From Lingula anatina (taxonomy: Eukaryota; Animalia; Brachiopoda): 64,000 bases of DNA. Made by a program: the position numbers and the translations under genes. The notes beneath the pieces were generated by a model. It had not been told where the DNA came from. It saw only the letters and a list, made by a program, of their open reading frames with translations, and made no database searches. Below are positions 12,801-47,060 of this stretch, piece after piece (the stretch's first letter is position 1; every line of letters begins with the position of its first letter). Location: contig CM120644.1 in assembly GCA_051362555.1 (NCBI GenBank), forward strand, positions 17,320,534 through 17,384,533, in the 5' to 3' direction.

Positions 12801-15800
12801 AGCCTCAAGTAAAGGTGTTGTAGCGTTACTTAAAGTATATATCACCCCCGCCCGCCCCCCACCCCAACAAGGACTCAAATTATTCTGGTCGGATAATAAA
12901 CCATGAAAAAATTTACTCGACTTTAAAGTAGGTAGTTTAACAGTAATATTGTGATCTTTAAATGTGCTTTGTACGAGCATTAAAGAAAATAATAATGATA
13001 AAAACAATAAGCGTCTATAACATTGTTTAAAACAATTGCAATAAACTATAAAATGCAAGTATATGCCCACCTTTTCTCTGGCAAATTTCTTGGTGGGTTC
13101 GTCCATCCATGTCACCTCTTGTAGTCGACTCACTATCGTCTGCTTCAAGTTGGAGACGATGGCTTCCACCTGAAAAGAAGACAATTTGAATTATATTATA
13201 TATTTGTTCGTGGGTCTGTTTCTGAATGGAATTGAAGCCAAATTTGGTGAGGGTCGAATTGATTGATCACTTTAAATAAGCCTACAATTGACCAGTTATT
13301 ATTTTTTTTTGAGAAGGATATATGAACAATTACACAACTGATCCGTATACAAAGTAGTGAACGCTCGGCCAACTTCGGTTGACGTCGTATTCAGAATCGA
13401 GTTACTGAATCGCCCGAACTGTACCGAATGGAGTGAACACTTAAAAAGTGCCAAGTTACCCTATCCTTCTTGTTGTCCGTGAAATGATCCTGAACAAACA
13501 GGGCACCAAGAGCGTCCCCCATTTTTTCTGTCATGTAGCCAAAACAGAGCATAGATATGGGGTAATTGGTCCTCTGCCCCGATCTGGCCTTTCTAAATGT
13601 CCTAGTGGCGTGAATATACTCAGATGATAGATCCTCGGTGTATGTCCGCATAAGTTGCCAGTGAAGGTAGTTGTTCAACACCCTAAAGGAAAACATAACC
13701 ATCAAATGTACCGGTATATAACATGTCTTTTTCCTTTTTTGCGTGTTTCAATATGAAATGCTATATAGTAGAGTATATAGGTTTCGCATCGGGGTACTAT
13801 TATCTCTCACTATTCTTTTTAATCCCCTCAGGATTGTGCACTATAATGAAATTAAATATTATGTAAAATTCTCTCTGTGGCTCTAGAGGAGGGTACTAAA
13901 AGAGTATTTTTTCACCACAAAGATCTAACCTACGCGGTGAAGGCTAGGATCCAACATCTTATGTCTGTGTGTATGTTCTCTGTGTAGGATGGGGCATTTA
14001 GGGGATCGGATATGCTGCATATAATGGGTGATATGATCGCAATCAAACGCCACAACCTGGCGAGGACTTTAACCCAAGAAACCCCTGTCTTAAACAATCA
14101 CATATTGTTTCCAGTCTTAAATTTCTGTTGCATTGCATTTATACGTTAAACCTTGTCATGCCAGTTTCAATATTCTACTTTGGAAATATTATCTTCTTTT
14201 CGCCACCACATGATTAATGTAATTATTAAACAGAGCGAAAAAACGTTCCTTTTTTTAAACTTTCTTCAGACTTTTTCCAGGCTTATGTCATAGAAAACGT
14301 ATACGTGACTTGGTAAAACAAACCTGTCTCTAGAATTAGGGTCCATGTCGGCTAGCATAGTGCTCATTCGGCGTAAATAATTCAACTCCAGAAGGACAAC
14401 GTTGGTATCACTAGTAACTGTCGTACCAAACATGTACTGAAATAATCTCAACCAGTCGATCTGAAGTAATAATAATAACAATAAAAATAATAAGAATTAG
14501 GTTAATATTTCTAATAGAGTATCGAAAGTTACCAAATATTTGGTTATAGAAAAATTGCGGCTGACATAAAACTGGATGCTGTATGCACATGCCAATCACT
14601 GTGTCCCCTTTGACACTTTAAACATTAAAACGATGGGACGACTGTAACTATGACATTATGGCAGTAATCGCATTTCACTGAATAAATGAACAATGAACAA
14701 TTTCTTATTTTGAAATGTTATTCCGGCCATTTTTTAAAATCGTGTATTTGAAAATGACAGTTTAACCAGTGGTTTGTTTTCAACCATAAACTTTTCATTT
14801 GCTAAGATATCTTGACATGGCTTAGTTCAAAACCCATTTTATCCAAGATAACTTAAAATTTTAAAAACGCACAAAACAACATACAATTATAGTGGCATTG
14901 CAACATGGCATTTGAAAGAGTCGCCCATTCATTGGGAACTCATCGGCCAAATCCGTCGTATACGGAAAAAGACGACGATTGCCGAGTGCTTACCTGGCCC
15001 GCTATCTTATTCAGGTTGGATATTGTCTTCCTATTATCCATGTGATATGGATTTTTGTTAGCTCCCGTTCTCCTGGACACCTATTTAGAATGAAAATAAG
15101 ATTATATTTTCGAAAAGTAGATATTATAAACCCAGTAATAGTCAGGCCATATTCTTTCATATCGCTAAGACAATGGCTTCATTCCGTTACAGTATCAACC
15201 CTGCTGTTGGGGGTTTCTTCAAACACCTATCTTGAGAATAATTTGCATGTTTATTCATTGTTGATATTATAAAGTTGATAAGGGTTCAACGCAATTTGGT
15301 TCATTCTTTGAAATCAGCAGTAAATACTCATTGCTTTGATATTCTACTAGTACTAGAAAAGACAGAATCAACGAGATACTAAATAATGTACAATCGCCAC
15401 CATCATATCAGCAATAATACCTACATAGAAGAATAAATAATAATAGAAAAGTCTCACGTTTGCCAACTGCATCTCAAACTGGTAGACATCGGCAACGAAC
15501 TGTTCGATACTCCTGTTTACATTGCCGTTATTGGGGTCCATTCCATTGTCTCGTACCAGTAATCTGGCCGTCTGTCGCATGTAGTCTCTGTATGCAGCCT
15601 GGACCTAGTCAGCGATGAAGTTGACCAAAACTTTATATTCTTTAATATGCTATCAAAAGAGCAGGGTATGTTTGATAAAAATACTGTAAATGAATAGGGA
15701 GCCAGAATGAGGCATTGGGCTTATGTCGGGCACAAGACGGGACTTACTACAGGGTCTTAATAAAGGTTATTCAATTCAACATCCGAAATCCGACTTATAA

Positions 15801-16117
15801 TCTTCTTTCTCCAAAACGAATGTGATTGGAGGGGCCTTCTAACTTGTGTTCACTCTCACACTATTAAATTGAGAGAAAAAAATGTAGCTGTTTAAAGGGC
15901 ACCATACTAGCGGTTTTCGAGGTAATGAATGACTATTATCTGTACTAAGGAAAATGGCGGACGAGTTCGGCGTACCAGACGAACAAAAACAGATCCGACG
16001 ATGACGGTTTCTTGAAGAAATCTGAGTCAGCTTTACAAAAAATGAACGGGACGGTGTAGCCAAGAGCCTTTCATATAGGTGGACTTTATTTGAGGGTGAT
16101 TTTATGTTTCTATTCCT

Positions 16118-16170
<53 letters not shown>

Positions 16171-18066
16171 GAACACGCGCAATCGAAAGCGTTATACTTA
16201 CCATCCGGGCCCATGTACCTGTCCAAAAGTATATCCCAGGTCTCCCGTTATTCATTAAACCCATTCCATTCTGATCAATCTGAAGAAGAAAATTTCCTCC
16301 CCTCAAAACGCTGTTAATTTATTCATGGCTGTAAAAAACATCTTTGTTTCATAGAAAGTTTGGAGTGGTCTAGTTTCTGAAATTCAAAAGAATCGTCTAT
16401 TACGGCTGCGGTTGTAGTTAATTTCTTACTTATTTTATCAAAATCACGAGGACCTGGCGTACTTAGTATCAGGAAAATGCACGTCACGTGTCACGGGCTT
16501 CTTGTCAACAAAAAGTAGACGACGTTTACCGTCAAAACTGCTGCTGAGATGAAAAGAGTTCACATAGAATAATCGAATTATGAGTAATACGGGCTCAAAA
16601 TATGCTACGTGAAATCATCATCCGGTGTCTATCAAGCTTCATTGAATAGTGAGAAAAAAAATAGATGTTAGATGCGATTGATACCCGGTGTGGTCATAGA
16701 TGGGCGTCATTTATGCTCAAACAAGGACTTCATACAAATCAGTTAAAAAAAAGATAAGACAGGTGATTCTTTTGTTTTCAAAGTTTTTTTGCGTTGATCA
16801 CCTTCATGACTTTATTTTTCCAAGCTTAAGACATGTAAACATAATTAAAGTAGGGTTAAATATTGATATTCGAGGTCACTCAAAGACATTAAATGGCGGG
16901 AGGTGGCAAATATTTCAACCAGGGAAATAAGAAAGCATTAACATACAGCTAGTGCCGTGTTAACGGTAAATGTGAAGTTGGCAATGATCTCTGAGGAGAA
17001 AAACTTAAAAAAAAATAATGACACCAACTCTTCAGTTTTGTCTTCGAAAGAGCAATTTCGGGCACAATTTAAAAAAAGTAATTTTAGTCAAAATTGTTCT
17101 TATTTTTCTTTAAACACTGAAAATTTTAGCAAATTTAACTCAGAATAATCATGGCATATCCTTCATGCACTACAAGGTTTCAATCGTAAGTAATTTCTTA
17201 GTTTTTGTAAAACGGCTCTAATAGCCACATTTTCCTGGTTTACTACTGGTGCTAATTTATCATCAATGTAAGAAGGCTAAGATTTTCAGTCTTAAGACGA
17301 AGACCAACTTTCGACAAACTTATTACATTATTTTATTTAAGGCCTAAACTCATACCTCGATAACTCCCTTTTTGGTCCTTGACGTGTCCATTATGTCCGA
17401 CTCCACTTTGATCGAAAACAACGCATTTGCCCAGAAGTCCACATGAATTTTCTCCAGTGCTGACTGAAAGTTCCAGTTTTGCATAGAGTTATCGAAAACG
17501 TACCAGGGTCCCAGCTGCCTGCCGTTGTCGTTGTTGTTGATCATGTTAATAAGCGGCGTCCCTTTGAGTCTCTCCGTGTTGTACTGAGAGGTGCAAGACT
17601 TGTAAAAATCCTTAACTTTTCTCTCGTAGGACCAGTCAACATTCCGCTGTATGGGACTGAACAAAATGCGCATGATTTTCCTCTGGTTGAATAAATACGC
17701 GTCCTGAATGACAGTTCTTTCGGTAGAACTAGCCCCGATTTGCATGAACTTCGGGTAGTTACCGCAGGCGAAGGTGTGGAAGTCGGTGCATGGGTCCACG
17801 CTCGCGTTCATCAGCCGTATCATGTTGGACGCCTCCCTTAGGCATCCTTTGGTAACGCACTGCTCCGGGGGCGGGCTCTGGGACGCTCGAACACCCAAGA
17901 GCACAATCATCAGTATGGTCAGAAAGATGAAGACGGCGCCCAGAACGCCCAAAATTACCTCGTTTTTATTGCACGTATTCCCTCCTGCATAGTTCTTCCC
18001 AAAATTACTACTAGGAATAACCTTTTCTATGTCTTCGACCTCTCCATTTACGCTCCCCTTTTCCAT
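6813..18066 (-). CDS. Neprilysin/endothelin-converting enzyme-like (peptidase M13) type II membrane protein, predicted catalytically inactive, 778 aa, 14 exons
   Basis: Exons 18066-17356, 16279-16202, 15604-15458, 15080-14994, 14460-14324, 13682-13460, 13169-13071, 12761-12684, 12118-11833, 11332-11190, 10972-10895, 10393-10298, 7555-7482, 6912-6813, all GT-AG with compatible phases. N-terminal TM, then CVTKGC...DPCTDFHTFACG, WMDEPTK, PAGMFQFP, FFIAFAQ, AFNCPAKSAMNPEKKCVLF*. HEXXH reads HNLLH. Confidence 0.92.
8029..8270. mobile_element. ~250-bp foldback MITE family B copy (other copies ~35717-35982, ~50745-51010, ~60605-60860)
   Basis: Shared arms gatcgatccaactc..cgctgaatgcaatcag and their inverse ctgattgcattcagc..gttggatcgatct in four dispersed copies. 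Confidence 0.7.
8273..10282. mobile_element. Harbinger-like non-autonomous element enlarged by internal insertions; short relatives at ~34141-34350 and ~36238-36440
   Basis: TIRs GACTGCATTCCCAC...GTGGGAATGCAGTC flanked by TTA; subterminal sequences (gatccacctggatcga..aactccctgggggttca; gatagatcgatc) recur in the ~210-bp copy at 34141-34350; internal hairpin and ~90-bp tandem repeats (8770-9050). Confidence 0.65.
10701..10883. mobile_element. ~180-bp CAGG-terminated MITE (family A)
   Basis: TIRs CAGGCCCGTAGC...GCTACGGGCCTG; flanking CTAACAC duplicated; internal poly-G/C and aaaaggtccact motifs shared with other copies. Confidence 0.85.
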
Positions 18067-19102
18067 TTTTCTATTTAAATAAATAAATATATATTTAGAC
18101 CTCAAGATCCGCTCATCGGGCAGTGTTTTCGCATCTGTCAGTAAGGCACAGGGTACATTACATATAGTATATATACTAGTATATATGCGTTAATGTAGAT
18201 CAACTTAGGGGCGTTAATAAGGACGGCTTGGTGACAGACACGGGGTTAGGAGGGTTATCTCTGTAGTATTGGTATACACCGTTTGTACTCCAAAACCGAC
18301 CCGATATAAGACCTAGAATATGCCCTCGACTTCAATCACGCACCTGGAGTTAGAGAGTTAACTGGAGACGCATCTTAAGCATCAAGATAACGGTGGATTC
18401 TCACAAATATTTCTGATACGTTCTAAATGGAGTACAGGCGGGATAAGTGGTCACAATCCAGAAAAAGATAACGCTGGCGAGGGGGGCATTAACATGAGCG
18501 TAGTTGTACATTGAGCGAGTTATTATCTTAATATAGGCCCTATCAAGTATCATTTAGTCAAAAGAAGTGGACTGGGACACTTGGCCTTTTCGATTCCCAT
18601 GCTAAAGACAGAAGTGTATGTGTGTGTGTGTGTTTGCGGGCACGGATATTATTTCACACACACACACTTCAAACGACAACAAAATTTTAATTGTGTTTTC
18701 TAAATCAAATTTTCTTTTTGCTAAATAAATACGCATCAAATTTCTTTAAATGCACATACAGATTTTCTCCGAACCATGAATTGTCATCAATACAATTTCA
18801 AACTATACACTGCTTTTTATGTCATCATAAAATAACCATAGCTAGGCCTATTATTGATAAAATTGATAAAAAATGATACTTGGGTTAAACTGCACACTTA
18901 AACCAACGGGAAGACGTGGAGGAGTTATCCAGTCATTTAAACCACTATAAATATTGATAACAGATAGATACAAATTACATTATCATGACATAAAACAGCA
19001 CTTCTCTAAGAATTACAGTGTATGCCCGTTTCGTTTGAAAGGAACGAAACACGAGAAATACACTACATGAGCAAGAGGGCCCTTCTGCCGGTGTAATGTA
19101 AC

Positions 19103-19279
19103 CAGGCCCGTAGGCAGCAATTTCAATAGGGGGGTTCGTTTTCTGAAAAAGTGGACCTTTTCCCATAAAAACTTCATGTACCTAGATCGAATTTTACCCA
19201 GAGTGGACCTTTTCCCAGCAAAAGGGGCGGTTCTTTCGAACCCCCCGAACCCCCCCCCCCCCCCCCGGCTACGGGCCTG
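19103..19279. mobile_element. MITE family A copy (opposite orientation to 10701)
   Basis: CAGGCCCGTAG...GCTACGGGCCTG termini and the same internal sequence. Confidence 0.85.
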
Positions 19280-21630
19280 GAAACTGAGGGTCTGTGTAAC
19301 AGAAAAAGTCCGCCCTCCACATGGTTATAATGGTTAGGGTTAGCCTGACCAAAGTGGGATAAAATCTAAGGCGAGAATCACCTGTACAAATGAATGGGAA
19401 GCGGACTCTCCGTTATGGGGGTCTCACTGTCACGTTACACCGGTGTGACAGGAATGGTAGTCCTAGCAATAGAAGTCCAGGGTCCCATATGATTAGTACA
19501 GGTTAAGGTTAGTTGGAGTATTGGGGTTGGTACAAAGCATACATGTCACCTGTACATGTACAAAGTAGTGGGGAACGAACTATGGATCTTAGCGGACTAC
19601 CATTCCTATTACACCTAGCCCTGGAGGTGGACCCTTATAAGCATTATCTTGATACTTATTTACGCCGAAACTTACTAGGAAATAAACACAACAACACGTA
19701 TAACAGGTCAAAGGTAATTTTTATTATATATACATATATAAATATATAATGGAAGATGAAACTGCTCTAGTTAATTCAGTATGATTACTATATATTCATA
19801 AATTGGAATGCAAGACATAAATGCTGAATGTCACCCATATTCCTCAAAGGATAATAACAATTGTAAAATAAAGCCTGTGTTTGATTTCGTTCAAAAATGT
19901 TTCCAAACTATTACAATATTTATCAATATCTTAAAAAGTTTGGCATTGGAACAATTAATATCAATAAAGATTTAAATCTGGACGGAGAATGTTTTCAGTA
20001 ATGTTCTTAAAAAGGACGGATAATGATACCACTCACGGTATGAGATGAAGGTAGACTACAACGCGCAAAACGATGCTGATGTCGAGTGTATTATACAAAA
20101 GCGAACTATAAAAGCAAAAAAATACATCAGAAACAAACAAACTAAACAGAAAAAAAATCCATTTGTACTCGCCCTTCTCTACCACACTCACACTGCTTCT
20201 GAGTATTATGCAGTTAAAAAGGGTTGCACTCAGCCGCTTTACTTTTCTCCCAATACAGTAAAATATCAAATGGTTTCTTGAAATCACAGAGCTACACTGC
20301 ATTGGTGTAATTAACTTAAAAAATATGCAAATTCAGTAGAATCACAATCACAAAATATAATTCTGAGCAATTCTAAAATTGGAAAATACAAAGTTTCCAA
20401 TATGGCAGTCAAAACCAAGATGGTTACATTTCTAGCGATGACCTTCACCAACATAATGGTACATGTATGTGCATAAATGGCATAAAATATTAAGTTGTGC
20501 ATCAACTTTGTCTTAGAAATTCTAAATGAAACAAAAATAACCAGACAATAACATTAGCACACTACATGATGCATATTTCTATAATACATATAAAAGGATT
20601 GGATGACATCATAGAAGGTACAACATATGAAGACATAGGGAGGCCATGAACTTAGCCTAACTAAGCCATGTCCTAATTCAGCTAACACACCCATTTCCAA
20701 TAAAATAATATCATATAGAATATCAAAATTATCAGAATAAAGTCATGGTGTTTTTCTTGGTTGGTTGGCTCAGTATTCAAGAAGATGATGTCATAGAACA
20801 AAATGGAAGCCAGAGAGAAAACTGAGACTTTTAGGAGGGTAGGGCACCTGTTGTCTGCAGCCTTATAAACATTTAGATATTCAAGTCTTTGAAAGCATGC
20901 AGAATTAATTTCTTTGTACCCGTTCAGTATTTAGACTGTTAAACATTAAAACTGACTATACTTACACATGTAGGTGATATTTACATGTCAGAAAGTGAAA
21001 CATAACATGAAGAATAAAGCTATACACATATAGTTGAGAGTGCATAACATGACAATGACCAAATTTACACTAGTTTGATAAAAATAATACTCTGTGTTAG
21101 AAAAATAATTTCATAAGCTTAACATTTACAAGAGGGACCCGAGTAGAGACCCCTATCATTGTGCGATAAAATTTCAAGGATTTATAAATGAAATAAAAGA
21201 AAAATTATACAAATAATGAAGAGATCCATTTTTACCATAAATACTCATAAAGGAAACAAATTCCGAATATGGATACATGAAGAGGCAACAACAAAACGGC
21301 ACACATCTAGTGAATGAAATCCAAATTATAAATTGCACAAGCAATAATACTAGATAGATGTTTGTTAGAGATAGTGGTTTCACACCTTAAAAGATGAAAT
21401 CAGCTCTTGACTCTAGGTTACCACTAGCTATAACGTCCAATGCTGCTACTCTGTATCAAATTAATTATGGCAAGTACATACATTATGCATTAGAGGATCC
21501 ACGGTGCAGAAATTATACAAGGATTGAGAAAAAAATGTCTTTTTCTATCCACCACTTGCTTTCTTCCACCAAAATCCAGCATCTTTTGGTTTTATGCTTA
21601 ATCAGCTACAAAGACAATGCTGCATCGTGT

Positions 21631-44258
<22,628 letters not shown>

Positions 44259-45599
44259 TGTGACAACTCAGTATTTCACAGATAAAGCAATCTTCACAAA
44301 CTTTAAAGAGTGTCTTTTGACGTTGACAGCATTTATGTGTTCTCCATGTTTAACCCAAGGATGTGACGTCACGACTTGGACCAGTGGCTTCTGGGAAAAT
44401 AATATTGTACGGTCTTTTAGCATAATTTATTTATTTATCATTATCACTAAAATATATCAATTGTGACTACTATATTATTAAAAAACACTATACAATGGCA
44501 AATTTAACATTTTATTTAAATGATTTTTTAAATCTTAGTTGCTATTTAAATGGTAAATATATGCCGTATAGAATAAATCATCATACTATTAAGACCCGTT
44601 ACTCTTTCACCTATCGCTCCATGGTCACAGGTAAACAATAACATCAGATCGATGTAAAGGTGAAGCAAAACTCTTATTTACCCGTAAATTGTGAAAGCAT
44701 TGTTAATTATAAACGACCCTACATTCAGAAATACTTCAGATAATTAGGAAACTAACAAATTATCGATCACCCTACAAATAAAGACAAGTTAAACAAGGAC
44801 ACGCAGTGCACATTAATTTGTCAATGTCATAAGTCGCCCATTTCCATCTCATCTTGCTTCACTGCGCGTTTTGTGCAATTTACAATAACTTCACCTGGTA
44901 CATTCATTATCCTGAAAAGGTATTGACTGCGATAAAGACCTGTGTGCGAGGCTCTAAATTAAGGCATCTTTACGTTATAGATTAGATCTAAGCCTACTGA
45001 TAAAATGAAGTCGCGCTCACTCCATAATAATAAACTTAGTTCTACAGATATAATAATCATGTTTCAATTGGCAATAAAAATGGGACGGTGAAGTGGTGGG
45101 AATTAGATAAAGTTCATTTATTTTTAAATTATTGTTTTTCTTTTTATAAAGAGCTTATAAAATATGTGGGTATTACCTCCGGGCCAATATTTCTGTGACT
45201 GTCAGTCACCATCATCAGGAATATTGGAGGTAATACCTACATAGTTTATAAGGAAGGCTGGACTTTTTGTAGTTACTTTTAAAACAATAACTCATTATTT
45301 TTTATCATTAATAAAAATATATTTAGTGCCATTTGAGTTTACTTAAAAATAAAAAAAACAAGTTTGATTTCATAGATATTAGCTACTGAGTAGATCACTT
45401 GTTAATAAATGTTTTTAATACATGCAAAATAATGAAGGTAGACTATCGTATACCCAGCTTACACGTCCAGAACGTTTTTAAAACAGGGTTATATATCGGT
45501 TAGACCATCAACAAGTGTTAAGAGAACGTTATTCTAACGCTCTTTACTGCCACTGTCATCATCATTGATCCGAGGAACCTTGTCAGCAAGTTCTATTAA

Positions 45600-45937
45600 A
45601 GGGATAATAACTCTTCGTATGAGGTCTATTTTTCACAATAAAAACATTGTGAATAACTCACAGAAATATAATATATTCTGTGTTTTGACAAAAACAGCAG
45701 TTATAGCTATTATTCTGATATCTGAGCTTGTCTTCAGACCATGTGACCTCAATTGATGGCTATACTCTGTTATAATCTCTTAAGAGATTTTAACAAAAAA
45801 CCAAACTTTTTAGAAAAAAAACAGGGACTAACTTTGAATGTGAAAATGGATTCATTAACCATTGGTTAGTATGGGAAAATTGTTGTTTACTCCAGGAAAA
45901 TTCATTTTTTGGCCAAAACGAAGAGTTATTATCCCTT
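45600..45937. mobile_element. Kolobok-like MITE
   Basis: TTAA|AGGGATAATAACTCTTCGT...ACGAAGAGTTATTATCCCCT|TTAA: TTAA duplication with purine-purine termini. Confidence 0.7.
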
Positions 45938-46639
45938 TAACGTATATAAATTTTGATGAAAATTTACAAATGATACATTTTTGTTAATTTTGGCACAAGC
46001 ACATGAACAAAGGATATCATATTTTGCATCACTACAATTTGCACAACTTTAATCATCACATCTAGTATTAAAACGTTTTTTACAATGTCATAAAAGTAAA
46101 AAGATATATTTACCAATATAGCAAGCAGGAGACGCGCCATACGCTGTCGGTATAACGTTGGGCATACGCTGTTTTAACTACGCCCAGTGGCTGATTACAA
46201 ACTGGGGTTGGGGTTAGTCGGTGACGAGAGCGATGAGGATTTTAGAACCCTCCGGGAGTCGGTACCTACCCGAAATTACCGACATGCTGAAAAGCTTAAA
46301 AAAGCCTATAAAAATGGACTTCAATTATGTAATAAGATTTATCAAAATGATGAAAAAAGTGTTTTCAAGTAATCTTGCTATTTGATTGGCATTTGTGATG
46401 ATTGAATGGATTGTTTTAACTTCATTTTAGAAAATTCATTCTAATATATTGCTAACACAGGAGTAGTGAAAATGTTTAGCAATAAATTCTTGAATGAAGC
46501 AATAAAGTGGAACAGTACGCCTCGGTCATCTGATAGACAAATTGGGGGAGTCCATTCAATTGGAGGGGTATGGTGGAGAAAATCCACTCAGTCTGAGGCA
46601 TGTTAGGTGGGACGACTCAAATAAAAGGGTGTAAATGTT

Positions 46640-47060
46640 ATGTGGGGCGATTCCAATCCATTAGAGGGGTGACAGGTGGGGCGAGTCCATTGCATAAAAG
46701 GGGTCGCAGGTGGGGCGAGACCATTGCATAAAAGGGGTCGCAGGTGGGGCGAGACCATTGCATAAAAGGGGTGACGGGTGGGGTGAGTCCATTGCATTAG
46801 AGGGGTGACAGGTGGGGCGGGCCCATTGCATTAGAGGGGTGGCAGGTGGGGTAGGTCCATTGCATAAAAGGGGTGACAGGTGGGGCGGGTTCATTGCATT
46901 AGAGGGGTGACAGGTGGGGCGAGACCACTGCATTAGAGGGGTGACAGGTAGGACAGGTCCATTGCATTAGAAGGGGTGCCGGGTTCGGCGAGTCCACTGC
47001 ATTAGTGGGATGACAGGTGGGATGAGTTCATTGCATAAGAAGGGGTGACAGGTCGGGGGA
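46640..47060. repeat. 34-bp G-rich minisatellite, ~12 copies
   Basis: Unit ccattgcat(aa/ta)gaggggtgacaggtggggcgag(t/a). Confidence 0.9.

Noticed and set aside
6813-18066. Neprilysin pseudogene
   Set aside because: No frameshift or premature stop across 14 exons and all splice sites are canonical; only catalytic residues are changed.
46603-46933. Pro/Cys-rich repetitive ORFs
   Set aside because: Products of the 34-bp minisatellite.
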